The notes: generated by a model not told the origin, from the sequence alone. 64,000 nt of DNA from an uncultured virus (IMG/VR IMGVR_UViG_3300042560_002070) (IMGVR_UViG_3300042560_002070); one strand, 5' to 3'. Positions 36,775 through 46,161 are shown, counted from the stretch's first letter. Made by a program: numbers and translations.

Positions 36775-37674
36775 TCAAAGCTGAATCATGCGATACGGTG
36801 CATCCTGCACGAACTGGCTTACGTTCTCGTGTAGAGGAGCCAGTGATTGAGCGATTGCTGTTCGTACAGATGCTGACCGAGCAATGGCTACCGAGCCTCT
36901 GGCTGACAGAATAGATCTAGCTTGATCGACGACATCCTGTATCGCTCTACTGCTACCTAATCGAACATCAGCAAACCGATCGAGGAAGTTATTGAGAGGA
37001 TCAAACATATTAGTGCGGAGCTGCTTGCCCTGAGTGAGCTGACTGGCGATACTCCCGAGGATATCTTGTAGCTCACTAGCCAGTGCTGCTGTCGTTTCCT
37101 CGATAGCCTGCTCCATCATCGACGCAAACCGACGCTTCTGCTGCTCGTATAACTCAGGGTTAAGTCGTTGAAGTCGCTCGTCAGGCCCGATCGACGGGTA
37201 CGATACCGATATAGTAAACTTGCCGACAAAGGTTCGTGGGTAATAATCCTCGCGGAATGGTCGACCTAACTTGCGACGGGCATCATCTACTAGCTCGTCA
37301 CGATGCGAGTCCAGTGTCGTCACCAGCGTTTCAAGAATCTGGCACTGCTCGGTAATGTACTGTTGAAACTTTTCCAGATTATCAATGTGCAGTAAGCGCA
37401 CCGAAGGCTCTGGGTAGCTTACAGTTTTTTCCTTGAACTCGCGTTTGACCTTACTCATGTGGCTGGTTACAGCGGAATAGGCAGGGTGCTTGGTGTTGAC
37501 AATCACCTGCATTGCCTTGATACGATCAGCACTGGCTTCTAATGTTCGGGCGATATCTGTTATGTAGCTATCTTCAAAATTCTTACTCGTGCCGAATCGT
37601 GTCATGTCCATCTGTACGGCGATGGTCTGTGCCTGCAATTGTTCTGTTGCGTTGTCGTCGAGAAGCATGTTCAT
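36775..37674 (-). CDS. DUF3150-like helical protein
   Basis: YPEPSVRLL, ARRKLG, DYYP motifs; position in AAA cluster. Confidence 0.55.
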   Translation of the reverse strand: MNMLLDDNATEQLQAQTIAVQMDMTRFGTSKNFEDSYITDIARTLEASADRIKAMQVIVNTKHPAYSAVTSHMSKVKREFKEKTVSYPEPSVRLLHIDNLEKFQQYITEQCQILETLVTTLDSHRDELVDDARRKLGRPFREDYYPRTFVGKFTISVSYPSIGPDERLQRLNPELYEQQKRRFASMMEQAIEETTAALASELQDILGSIASQLTQGKQLRTNMFDPLNNFLDRFADVRLGSSRAIQDVVDQARSILSARGSVAIARSASVRTAIAQSLAPLHENVSQFVQDAPYRMIQL

Positions 37675-37688
37675 TCAAGTTTCTCCTG

Positions 37689-37724
37689 AAAAAAAGTGAG
37701 CGGGCATCAACCCTGTGCCCGCCC
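37689..37724 (-). terminator. Intrinsic terminator-like hairpin
   Basis: GGGCGGGCA...TGCCCGCTC followed by ACTTTTTTT. Confidence 0.5.
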
Positions 37725-37756
37725 TAGTAATTATTGCGAATCAAATTGTGAATCAG

Positions 37757-38884
37757 TTACGCTGTGACTTCTTGTTCCTCTTGACGCTGCGGGCTGCTAG
37801 AGCCCATCGGCATGAGGATGCAAGTCATACCATTAGTTACGAATCGAACAGCATTCGTCCCTCCGTAATACATAAAGTCTACAGTGTCGACGGTCGACTG
37901 CTCAATCATTTCTCGCACCATCTCACCGTCAAGGGTGACAGTGAAATTTGCATCACCGTCTTCTCGTTCGCATTCGAGTGACACTTTAGCTTTACCTACC
38001 GAAGCAGTCGAAGCACTGATCTGTAAACTTCGACCACTTGCTTTCCATGTGGTGGCACGGTTGTCGTCAGTTGAAAATAGTGTGGCTCGCTTAAGGGTTC
38101 CCAGTAGCATAGTGCGATCGATCACACGTTTGGCTGCTGGCGATTCGGAGGGTTGTTCTAAGATTTTGTTGTAATCTGGGAATCTTCCCTCGATCAATCG
38201 GCATGCAACTTTGATATCACCGCTGACAAACAAAGCCATATTCTGGTTCGCTGCCATTTCCGTTTCCCCTAACTTACTAATCCGCTTGACCACGGTGCTG
38301 GGGATCATCCAACTTCCCTGCACATCATTCTCGAAGGGGATATGGTAGTGCATGAGACGGCGACTGTCTGTCGACACAAGCTCAAGGCTACTATCTGTAG
38401 ACTTGAACAGTACTGACTGGAGCTGATAGCGACCTGAACCTGAATCGGCGGCTACGGTCAATGCTCCAGCCCTTGATAAATAGTAGGCTGGTAGAGTAAG
38501 ATAGTCGTGACCGACCGACGGTAGGGATGGCAAGTCCGAACCAAAGTTAGGCACAACGAACTTGTCATCATGGTTCTTAACCACTAGGCCGGTGGGGTTA
38601 TCGCGATTACCTTCCACCTCGATCGTTAGTTCGTCCATGTCGCAAGCTTTGATTATTTTTTTGAGCAGTGTGGCGTTGACTACGACCTGCGATGTCAAGC
38701 GAGACTCGCAGCTTAGTACGTACTCTGCCTGTGCCTCTCCGTCGTAGCCGCTGACAGTTAGTGAATCACGATCAATGACCAGTTTGACGCACTCAAGCAC
38801 TGGCTTGGCCGATGTCTTGAGGGTGAACTGGGAAACGAAATCGACAGCCTTGGTAAAATTAAGTCGATCAATAGTACATCGCAT
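37757..38884 (-). CDS. dnaN: DNA polymerase III beta sliding clamp
   Basis: 375 aa; KPVLECV, RYQLQSV, STDSRRL, RLIEGRFPDY, C-terminal ILMPM. Confidence 0.92.
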   Translation of the reverse strand: MRCTIDRLNFTKAVDFVSQFTLKTSAKPVLECVKLVIDRDSLTVSGYDGEAQAEYVLSCESRLTSQVVVNATLLKKIIKACDMDELTIEVEGNRDNPTGLVVKNHDDKFVVPNFGSDLPSLPSVGHDYLTLPAYYLSRAGALTVAADSGSGRYQLQSVLFKSTDSSLELVSTDSRRLMHYHIPFENDVQGSWMIPSTVVKRISKLGETEMAANQNMALFVSGDIKVACRLIEGRFPDYNKILEQPSESPAAKRVIDRTMLLGTLKRATLFSTDDNRATTWKASGRSLQISASTASVGKAKVSLECEREDGDANFTVTLDGEMVREMIEQSTVDTVDFMYYGGTNAVRFVTNGMTCILMPMGSSSPQRQEEQEVTA

Positions 38885-38896
38885 GAGGAACCTCCG

Positions 38897-39157
38897 ATGA
38901 AATCAAAACAAACGGTTGAGAAAAAACTAGAGACCCTAGCTCGCATGGCTTGTGCCAATGTCAGAGCGATTCGTAATCGTCGTGGGTATACCCAAGAGAA
39001 GCTAGGTGAATTGACCGGATATGGTCGAATCAGAATTGTCGAGATTGAATCTAGGCGTTACTGCCCTACGCTGCCTACGCTGAACACTCTGGCTTGTGCT
39101 CTTGGTGTTGAGGTAGTTGATCTGCTTGTGCCGCAGGCTGATGCTTCGTACGATTAA
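38897..39157 (+). CDS. XRE-family HTH transcriptional regulator
   Basis: NVRAIR, TQEKLGE, IVEIES, PTLPTL, LACALGV. Confidence 0.85.
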   Translation: MKSKQTVEKKLETLARMACANVRAIRNRRGYTQEKLGELTGYGRIRIVEIESRRYCPTLPTLNTLACALGVEVVDLLVPQADASYD

Positions 39158-39290
39158 TCTTGTACTCGATTGGTGCATCGATACCAATCATTCCCCTCGA
39201 TTTCAATCGCTTGAAAGCAATCTTTATGACAGTCCCGTCTGGAGCAATAATCTCTACGACACTGTCTTGCTTGACACCGATAGTTAGCAC
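39075..39290 (-). CDS. CsrA-like carbon storage regulator
   Basis: GTG start; MLTIGVKQDSVVEI...IGIDAP...INR matches the CsrA pattern. Confidence 0.6.
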   Translation of the reverse strand: MLTIGVKQDSVVEIIAPDGTVIKIAFKRLKSRGMIGIDAPIEYKINRTKHQPAAQADQLPQHQEHKPECSA

Positions 39291-39925
39291 TTTGAAAACT
39301 CCTTTGCTAAAGCGTCTTCGGCCTGCTGTGTTGCAAGCCGCATGGAAAACCGTTCCCCTTTCCAGCCCCATTTTTTTGCAGCGGTGGGAGCCTCGTATCC
39401 TGTGACCTTCTCCCAAATTTCACAGATCTTATTGTAACAAGAGTCGGCAAACACCTTGTTGCTGCTGAATTCAAGTATTCGGAATCGCTCGATCAGAGCT
39501 TCATCAAGCCCGTCGATCTTGTTGCTAGTTCCCATGACGATCGTGTTCCGCCTTAAGCTCGTCTCTGGGTCAAGTGCATCCTTTAGAAATCGCTGAACCT
39601 GTGGAGACAGGAACTCGCATTCCTCAAGGATCACTAAATGAAATCCACTTGGGCTACAGTAAGCAAGGTCACGTAAGAACAGCGTCTTGGCATCTTCTAT
39701 ACCTAGCAGAGTGCATGGGACATGATGCAATCCCGTGAACTCATCTTCGCAACCAAGCGATTCAGAGATAACTCTCGTTGTTATAGTCTTGCCAGTGCCG
39801 GGATCTCCTACCAGCATCCAGCAACCACGCGAAGGATTCTCAAGTAACTGCTTTAGTGATTCGATTGGTTGACCAACAATATCATCTAACGAACTTGGCT
39901 TGAACACTTTGTTTAACTTGACCAT
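39284..39925 (-). CDS. Clamp-loader-clade (DnaX/RFC/RarA-like) AAA+ ATPase, short
   Basis: KPSSLDDIVGQ, GDPGTGKT, VILEECEFL, ALIERF. Confidence 0.75.
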   Translation of the reverse strand: MVKLNKVFKPSSLDDIVGQPIESLKQLLENPSRGCWMLVGDPGTGKTITTRVISESLGCEDEFTGLHHVPCTLLGIEDAKTLFLRDLAYCSPSGFHLVILEECEFLSPQVQRFLKDALDPETSLRRNTIVMGTSNKIDGLDEALIERFRILEFSSNKVFADSCYNKICEIWEKVTGYEAPTAAKKWGWKGERFSMRLATQQAEDALAKEFSKC

Positions 39926-39971
39926 TCACTTACTCCTGTAAACGAAAAAGGGTGGAAGTCACTCGCTCCAC

Positions 39972-40012
39972 CCCTATACCGCTGACGCTGCAAATTTTCC
40001 GCATCATCAAGA
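39972..40012 (-). promoter_or_regulatory. Repeated promoter-like element, copy 1 of 7
   Basis: TCTTGATGATGCGGAA-N16-GGTATAGGG then GC hairpin and U-run. Confidence 0.75.
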
Positions 40013-40036
40013 CATACTAATCAGTTTATGTTTAAC

Positions 40037-40573
40037 TCAATCTTCGCTATCCTCTTCAGTGTAAAGATCATCTACGTTCTCAACGCCAGCTTCCCTGAGT
40101 GCTCTGACAATGAACTGGCATAGACTCTGATCGTCATCTGCGATCATCGCTCCGTACCAAGACATCCTAGTGTAAACACCCTGGGCAATATTGAGTAATG
40201 CCCGTGATGCTGCGATGATACGCGCATTAGCTTCGGCATATTCTCCTGGTTGTACTTGACATATTAGTTCCTTGGTAACAGCTTCGACAACACACAGTGG
40301 ATCTTCTTTCGATAGCTTCCATACAATGCCAGTAGCTACTGGTGGTCGTATAGCGATCATGTCTTGATCGTGTAGGATGTCTGTGTTTTTTGCTGCTGCT
40401 GCGATGTGTTCACTCGATAACGTAATGATGTCAGGTACAAAGTACTTGGCTGATCCGTTCTCAATTGCTTCTGGATCTGAGTCGTAATACATTCTGATCT
40501 CTAGTTCGTCGCCACTCTTGTCGAGCACCGGCCAAACAACTTCATCATCGAACAAGATTGATATCAAGTTCAT
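40037..40573 (-). CDS. Hypothetical phage protein
   Basis: ANARIIAAS motif common in phage early proteins; RBS AGGAG. Confidence 0.7.
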   Translation of the reverse strand: MNLISILFDDEVVWPVLDKSGDELEIRMYYDSDPEAIENGSAKYFVPDIITLSSEHIAAAAKNTDILHDQDMIAIRPPVATGIVWKLSKEDPLCVVEAVTKELICQVQPGEYAEANARIIAASRALLNIAQGVYTRMSWYGAMIADDDQSLCQFIVRALREAGVENVDDLYTEEDSED

Positions 40574-40717
40574 TCAAGTCTCCTGTGTTGGTATTGTTAA
40601 TAACTCTAGTTTCTAAATGGGAAAGGCCCATCATACCTTCATGCTTACTAAGCCTCAAGCATTACCGGAACTGTAAGCTAATTCGACTGTCAAGATGTGT
40701 CCGTCCTTGCTTGGCAA

Positions 40718-41005
40718 TCAATACTCGGATGCTAGCTGAAGGGTAGATGAAGATCGATCAGCCGCAGTGATGAGAAATATATTCTCACCACCGAGGCGAT
40801 AGACAGAGAAGATACGGTGCTCCTTATCGACTGCGTAATCGTTAAGCGCCTTAGTCTCTTCACAGGCATCGCCCCAGTCGTGCTGGATATGTCTTTTAAA
40901 GTACTCCTCTGGTTCTTTCTTATGTTTGAATAGCAGATCGTAGCAGTCGGGTGTAATGACACAGAAGCCAAGTGGGAATCCTTTTCTCTTACGTTTGGCT
41001 GGCAT
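40718..41005 (-). CDS. Conserved plasmid/phage hypothetical protein
   Basis: HDWGD, RIFSVY, ITAADRS motif pattern. Confidence 0.7.
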   Translation of the reverse strand: MPAKRKRKGFPLGFCVITPDCYDLLFKHKKEPEEYFKRHIQHDWGDACEETKALNDYAVDKEHRIFSVYRLGGENIFLITAADRSSSTLQLASEY

Positions 41006-41032
41006 GGTTGCCCTTCCGTAGTAGTGACAACC

Positions 41033-41227
41033 CTACCCTTCTTTGCCGGTTAAATGCTGCACGATTCGCATATCGCGAACCTCATTGGTTAATCGTTTGT
41101 TCGTTACGAAGTAAAGAGGTCTGCTTGTTAGTAGGTTGGTTGCGATCCAGCCATTGCCCCTGCGATCCTCGATGCGAGCTACGGTCTGCGTCTTGCCGAT
41201 TGTCACGATGTAGTACTTGCCTGTCAT
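41033..41227 (-). CDS. Hypothetical protein
   Basis: GWIATNLLTSR; RBS GGAG. Confidence 0.6.
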   Translation of the reverse strand: MTGKYYIVTIGKTQTVARIEDRRGNGWIATNLLTSRPLYFVTNKRLTNEVRDMRIVQHLTGKEG

Positions 41228-41342
41228 AGTTTGGCTCCAATGTGAATGAGATAGTTGGTTGATCGAATTGATATGTAACCGTTGCCCTGGCTACATGACA
41301 GCCAGAACAGAGAATCAATGTTAGTAGGGCGATCCATCGCAT
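41082..41342 (-). CDS. Possible small lipoprotein
   Basis: MRWIALLTLILCSGC lipobox-like signal; 3' end overlaps next gene. Confidence 0.45.
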   Translation of the reverse strand: MRWIALLTLILCSGCHVARATVTYQFDQPTISFTLEPNYDRQVLHRDNRQDADRSSHRGSQGQWLDRNQPTNKQTSLLRNEQTINQ

Positions 41343-41363
41343 GATGCTATCCTTACCTTATAC

Positions 41364-41549
41364 TTATCGCATGAAAACAAAAGTCGATGCCAAGTTATTC
41401 ACAAAATCGTTTCGTTCATCTAAAGTTTGAAACTCTTTGGAGTGATAGAAGTTTGACCCGCGAAAGGCATAGTTGACATAGAACTTCCCATCCCTCTCGA
41501 AAAAGTAGTACCTGTCACGCTGATACCAAGGGGTGTCACGTTTGCTCAT
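41364..41549 (-). CDS. Hypothetical protein
   Basis: 61 aa, ATGA overlap. Confidence 0.6.
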   Translation of the reverse strand: MSKRDTPWYQRDRYYFFERDGKFYVNYAFRGSNFYHSKEFQTLDERNDFVNNLASTFVFMR

Positions 41550-41878
41550 ACTTCCCTTATCCTATCTAAGACATCACAAGCATCGAGTAATGCTTCGTGA
41601 TTGGTTTTGTTTGACAGAAGCTGCTCGTCAAGTGGGCTGCACTTAGATCTACAAATCTCAAGCAATTCTTTGAGTGAGCAGTAGAGATCCGGTGCTGCTG
41701 CAATGAGGCGAGCGTTGGCATCATCCTCATCTTCATTGAAAGAATCGAAGACTTTGGCTATTGAATAGAGGACTGTTTGTCCTGGCTCCAGTCTCATGCG
41801 ACCAGTCTCAGGAAATATGAAAAACCGATTGTCATTGAAGTCACTTCCTCTATGCCACGGCCCTGGTGTATGGCTCAT
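41546..41878 (-). CDS. Phage early protein, HTPGPW/ANARLIAAAP family
   Basis: Both motifs present. Confidence 0.8.
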   Translation of the reverse strand: MSHTPGPWHRGSDFNDNRFFIFPETGRMRLEPGQTVLYSIAKVFDSFNEDEDDANARLIAAAPDLYCSLKELLEICRSKCSPLDEQLLSNKTNHEALLDACDVLDRIREV

Positions 41879-42117
41879 AACTCACCTGCCTCTCTCAATG
41901 ATGCTTCAATTAACTTACGAACTGCTTCATCAAAATCTACGCTATGCTTTGCTGGTTGCCAGCTACTCAGCACCCACTTCAGTAGTGATATGTCATCTGC
42001 TCTATCAAGTGGACTGAACTCACAAGCCCCTGTCGTACCCATGTGTGCATCCAAAGCTATAGCAAGGACGCTCCTGCCCTTTGCTTTGTGCTCAAACCAT
42101 TCAGGTCTGTATGCCAT
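41875..42117 (-). CDS. Hypothetical protein
   Basis: Coupled ORF. Confidence 0.6.
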   Translation of the reverse strand: MAYRPEWFEHKAKGRSVLAIALDAHMGTTGACEFSPLDRADDISLLKWVLSSWQPAKHSVDFDEAVRKLIEASLREAGEL

Positions 42118-42394
42118 TGTGCTTCCTCCAAGTATTAAGAATAGATTCGATGGTAACGTACATCGGTAGAGTCTTATAGAAGATCACCGTTTCTTTGCCG
42201 TTGATGCGAATCTCGTAGATGTGATTACTTTTGAGTACCTTGTTGGCAATGCTGAGTATGTCACTAGCCAGTGATAGCGGAGACTTCTCACAATCCTCTG
42301 GCATGTTGCTGCGAATGATTCTCTTCAATTCATTGCCCGTGTCATTGCAAATCAGACCTCGGTTGTCGAGCTGAACTAAGAGTGGCTCCATCAT
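42101..42394 (-). CDS. Hypothetical protein
   Basis: Coupled ORF. Confidence 0.6.
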   Translation of the reverse strand: MMEPLLVQLDNRGLICNDTGNELKRIIRSNMPEDCEKSPLSLASDILSIANKVLKSNHIYEIRINGKETVIFYKTLPMYVTIESILNTWRKHNGIQT

Positions 42395-43263
42395 ACTGGC
42401 TCCTCCGCTAATCTATTGGTTCCACAAATCTCATTGAACTTGTCAAGCAGATCCTGACGCAAGAACTCCAGGTGCATGTTTCCGTTAAGGAACCACTTTG
42501 CATGGAAGTAATCAGTCGATGCTGACTGTTGCTTGCTGTGGTTTGCTAATGTGATTGCATCCACAAGCGGCCCGCCGTAACCCTTCACCTGTCCTTTCCC
42601 ATCAAGCAGGTGCATGATGTTATCCAGTGCGGTGAGGTGAGGCTGAAGAGTATGACTAAGACCGCCGATGGTAGTGCTGTCGCCGTACTTCCATGTGCGG
42701 AATGCGTATGAACGAATGAGTTTCTTCTCCAACTTAAACGTGTGCTTCTCGTTGGTCTTGTACTTACTGTACGCACGATGCGGCTTCCAGTACTCGTACT
42801 CTTCAAAGATCGCTTCATGCAAAAATGACTCAGCGTTCTCGATGAACGACATAAGAACATCCACGATTGTGGTAGGATTGATAGGCGGAAGCGTTTCCCT
42901 TACGCCATCGACAACGATCGAACCTTTCTCTAGTAACTCATCGAGCTGCTTTACCCGCTTGCTTGACATGAGTTTACGGATGCTCAGCTTGTCAACCAAG
43001 ATTCGCCATGCGTCTAGGTGTAGAGCGTGCTCTACATCCTGTGCCGCACGTTCTTCACAGACGTTCTGTAAATTGCTGCGACCACTGTTGGGCGTAGTGT
43101 ACAGATCAAAACCACGCTGACTCTTGAACTCATTTCCCAGAATCGTATAAGCATCTCGAAGAGTTCCCATTGCCTCGATGACTCTCGCCACTTGCTGCTC
43201 GTATACAGCAGCCAGTCGTGAAGCAGTGGTGTACTCTACCATTTCGGTTGATTCAACTATCAT
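42391..43263 (-). CDS. DUF4942-like protein
   Basis: LDGK, TDYFHAKWFLNGNMHLEF, DLLDKFN C-terminal signature. Confidence 0.75.
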   Translation of the reverse strand: MIVESTEMVEYTTASRLAAVYEQQVARVIEAMGTLRDAYTILGNEFKSQRGFDLYTTPNSGRSNLQNVCEERAAQDVEHALHLDAWRILVDKLSIRKLMSSKRVKQLDELLEKGSIVVDGVRETLPPINPTTIVDVLMSFIENAESFLHEAIFEEYEYWKPHRAYSKYKTNEKHTFKLEKKLIRSYAFRTWKYGDSTTIGGLSHTLQPHLTALDNIMHLLDGKGQVKGYGGPLVDAITLANHSKQQSASTDYFHAKWFLNGNMHLEFLRQDLLDKFNEICGTNRLAEEPV

Positions 43264-43309
43264 TTAACTATCTCCACTAAAAGAAAAGGGACAGCCACCT
43301 GCTGCCCCA

Positions 43310-43350
43310 CCGTATACCACCGAGCCCCGAAAATTTTCGCATCATCAAGA
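43310..43350 (-). promoter_or_regulatory. Repeated promoter-like element, copy 2 of 7
   Basis: TCTTGATGATGCGAAA-N16-GGTATACGG then hairpin and U-run. Confidence 0.7.
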
Positions 43351-43527
43351 TGTATGAGCCAAGATCATAGCGTTAGCTTTTCTCAGACTGTCATACTGCT
43401 GAGGTGTGACAGACCCGCCCTTGCGTATCCAGTCTCTTGCGTCGTCGAGTGCATGGCGGGCTGACTCAACATCGCCTACTTCAAGATGTTCGTAGATCAG
43501 TTTGATAGTTGCTTCAATGTCCATCAT
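43345..43527 (-). CDS. Hypothetical protein
   Basis: 60 aa, WIRKGG. Confidence 0.6.
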   Translation of the reverse strand: MMDIEATIKLIYEHLEVGDVESARHALDDARDWIRKGGSVTPQQYDSLRKANAMILAHTS

Positions 43528-43867
43528 TCATCTCCAGGTTGTCATCTTCTCCGCATACCATTGTGTGCAAGCTTTGTTTCAGTATTGACGGATAGAAGTG
43601 CCAGCTCCAGCTAAAGTATTGCTCGACGATGTAGTCATACTTGAATGCGATCTCATTTAGTTTTGTCAGTGTTAGGTCGTGTCTATCTGGCTTGCGGTAT
43701 CCATTGAGTAGTTCATGAAGCAGACCCTCTGCGCACATCGTTAGGTGTGCGTTATGCTCGACGCTTTCTCTTGTTCTCCACTGTTCTTGATCGTAAAAGC
43801 TTACGTCTTTGTACTTCTTAGTACGCCTACGCAACTCGGCCAGCAGTCGATGTAAATTAGTTGTCAT
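43514..43867 (-). CDS. Hypothetical protein
   Basis: Start MTTNLH after AGGAG. Confidence 0.65.
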   Translation of the reverse strand: MTTNLHRLLAELRRRTKKYKDVSFYDQEQWRTRESVEHNAHLTMCAEGLLHELLNGYRKPDRHDLTLTKLNEIAFKYDYIVEQYFSWSWHFYPSILKQSLHTMVCGEDDNLEMNDGH

Positions 43868-44333
43868 GCCCGACTCCTTCTGTGTTGTGTGTTGTAGTTC
43901 TTTTCTCAAGCATCTCTCTCATGTCATCGATCTCGTCGTTAACTTGAACAATAAGACCCGTCAGTAAATCCGTTGCAACTTCCGATAGGTAGTCGTTGAT
44001 AGAGTCGGGGTAGTTTACTTCGATACGCGACAAACAATCCCATGACTTTAGTCGATACCCATTCAGGAATGCCGTTACCTGAATCCATCCGTACCACCAT
44101 TCGTCTTTGAACCATGCTTTCCTGGCAATCATTAATCGTTGGAACTGTTCATCGTTGCATCCGGTAACTGACTGATCTGGATTGTGTGAATCATCGTCAT
44201 CGATTTCGGATTGATTGTCGTGCCTGATTGTGGCTCGATATTCGACTCCCTTGTGGGTTGTCGTTACGTAATCATCTGGGCACACAAAAGATTTGAAATT
44301 TGGGAAGCGTACTTCCTGCTCATTGGTTGTCAT
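43857..44333 (-). CDS. Hypothetical phage protein
   Basis: AWFKDEWWY motif; RBS GAGG. Confidence 0.7.
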   Translation of the reverse strand: MTTNEQEVRFPNFKSFVCPDDYVTTTHKGVEYRATIRHDNQSEIDDDDSHNPDQSVTGCNDEQFQRLMIARKAWFKDEWWYGWIQVTAFLNGYRLKSWDCLSRIEVNYPDSINDYLSEVATDLLTGLIVQVNDEIDDMREMLEKRTTTHNTEGVGHDN

Positions 44334-44384
44334 GTAAACCTCGTGAAGAAATGACGTAAGGAAAACACTACCTTCGGTACATAA

Positions 44385-44909
44385 TTAAACGGCCTGTAGC
44401 TTTGATACGATCTCAACTACAGTTTGATTGTCCATGCCTTTAGGTCTCTCTCGCTCCATGACATAGGATCGCAGCGAATCCAAGTCTCTGCACCACGTAA
44501 CTGTCATCCTGCTCTGAAATGTTTCCATAGATGACCACGGAGCGCGACGAAACTTATGAGTGACCATCACATCGTACTTGTAATCCGCTGAATGACGTGT
44601 GATGTATTTGTCATAGGCTTGCATCCACTCCTCGAAGGGTAGCTCGACAAGCTGGCTGCCTGTCCAAGCATAGCCACGATGCTTTTGGCTGTACTCGGTA
44701 GGTACAAGAATCCGCCCTTCATACTTCGGATGACCATACCCATTGGGTGTGACGATCCAAGTCCCGGTCTCTCTGACGAACCACAGAAAGGGAACATCAT
44801 GAGGCATCCCCTCAAGAGATGCTTTGTCGTGAACTAGCAGGTCGTTTTTGTAATGCGCAGGCCAGCCGATCTCCTCAGCCTTGGCTAGTAGATAATCATA
44901 AGGTGTCAT
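44385..44909 (-). CDS. Hypothetical protein
   Basis: DLLVHD, FLWFVRETGT; RBS GGAGAGG. Confidence 0.7.
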   Translation of the reverse strand: MTPYDYLLAKAEEIGWPAHYKNDLLVHDKASLEGMPHDVPFLWFVRETGTWIVTPNGYGHPKYEGRILVPTEYSQKHRGYAWTGSQLVELPFEEWMQAYDKYITRHSADYKYDVMVTHKFRRAPWSSMETFQSRMTVTWCRDLDSLRSYVMERERPKGMDNQTVVEIVSKLQAV

Positions 44910-44924
44910 TGCCCTCTCCTGTTG

Positions 44925-45257
44925 TTAGCACCATTCCCCATTGCCAATGATCCACAGCTTGCCGCTCTCAACGTCACTGAAAATTGGATTGTCGGCTTCG
45001 TCTGACGTTAGCCCATCCCGATCAGAACAAAGTCCCCACTGGATTAGCTGCGAGATGAACTTATCTTTCTTGTTGTTGTAGCTAATCAGCAACCGCTTGA
45101 GTTTCTCAGTTGCGTAACGAAACCTACCCAGATTTTCGTTTTCCTCCTCAAGAGCCAAGGCTTGGTTGTCAAGATCCCATAGCTCATGTACCGTATCAGT
45201 TACGACTTGCTTCCTGGTTCTTTTGGCTCTCGTCTGTAGTGTTATCTTGTCACTCAT
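44925..45257 (-). CDS. Hypothetical protein
   Basis: Start MSDKITL after GGGGAG. Confidence 0.6.
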   Translation of the reverse strand: MSDKITLQTRAKRTRKQVVTDTVHELWDLDNQALALEEENENLGRFRYATEKLKRLLISYNNKKDKFISQLIQWGLCSDRDGLTSDEADNPIFSDVESGKLWIIGNGEWC

Positions 45258-45438
45258 TAGATCCGTCTCCCCTTGCACTTTGAAAAGGTATCCATATTCT
45301 CTCTCCTGGTGCGCGATACTCCACAAGAACTGGAGCCCCATACTGTGTTACCAACTCGGCCAATTCTTTGCTGAAGTCAGCACACTCAGTGGTAACGTAA
45401 CATCCGTTTTCAAAATAGACAAAGATTCTGTGTCCCAT
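45250..45438 (-). CDS. Hypothetical protein
   Basis: 62 aa, RBS GAGGAG. Confidence 0.55.
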   Translation of the reverse strand: MGHRIFVYFENGCYVTTECADFSKELAELVTQYGAPVLVEYRAPGERIWIPFQSARGDGSNE

Positions 45439-45440
45439 GT

Positions 45441-45782
45441 TTACTCCTCTTCATCGCCTTCGTCATCATCGAACCCATCTTCCATACAGTCATACGCAGT
45501 TGTGAACACAATGTCCTTGTGCGGGTTGCTCTGGCAGGACTGAACCAGCTTGGTGATCTCAGGGCCATCACCAAGAACCTTGTCTAGCTCAACCTCGCTG
45601 ATCTCACCAGCACGAATCGGGTAGTACAAAGCTTCGTAATGGCTCTGACTGTCAACACCGAAGTCAACACATGCAGCCGGTGATGGCCATTGATCAAGAC
45701 ACACGGAGAAAATCATCTTTGCAGTCACTGGCTTGATAGAAGCCAAACCATCTTTAATGTCGGACAGGAAATCGTCGCTCAT
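45441..45782 (-). CDS. Hypothetical acidic protein
   Basis: Start re-called at MSDDFL. Confidence 0.6.
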   Translation of the reverse strand: MSDDFLSDIKDGLASIKPVTAKMIFSVCLDQWPSPAACVDFGVDSQSHYEALYYPIRAGEISEVELDKVLGDGPEITKLVQSCQSNPHKDIVFTTAYDCMEDGFDDDEGDEEE

Positions 45783-45795
45783 GTGTATGCCCTTG

Positions 45796-46161
45796 TTAGT
45801 AGTCCATTGCCTCTGCAAAATAGTCCCGTTCATGCGCTGACACCTTCTCCCATGCAGGAGTAGCAGGTGATCCCCACTCCTCGTCTGCCGGATTGGCTTT
45901 AAGATCAGCCAGTGAGCATCTCGCTTGGCTGTGGTATTCGTGATGGCCGTCGCAGTCCCTCTCTTGTGTCTCATAGATAGACCAGATGCACATCTCGTTG
46001 GGGTCGTAGCAGAACGATTGATACTCTCGCTTAGACCCCTCGTCGGTGTACCAGCCTGCACCAAAAGCCAGCTCTTTTCCTGGCGGGATGGTGATCTTTA
46101 CCCAGTCGCCTCGATACATGAACCAGAATCGTGCGTTAGGTTTGCTCTCTAAATTACCCAT
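45796..46161 (-). CDS. Hypothetical phage protein
   Basis: TDEG, RDCDG, RDYFAEAMDY motifs. Confidence 0.7.
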   Translation of the reverse strand: MGNLESKPNARFWFMYRGDWVKITIPPGKELAFGAGWYTDEGSKREYQSFCYDPNEMCIWSIYETQERDCDGHHEYHSQARCSLADLKANPADEEWGSPATPAWEKVSAHERDYFAEAMDY

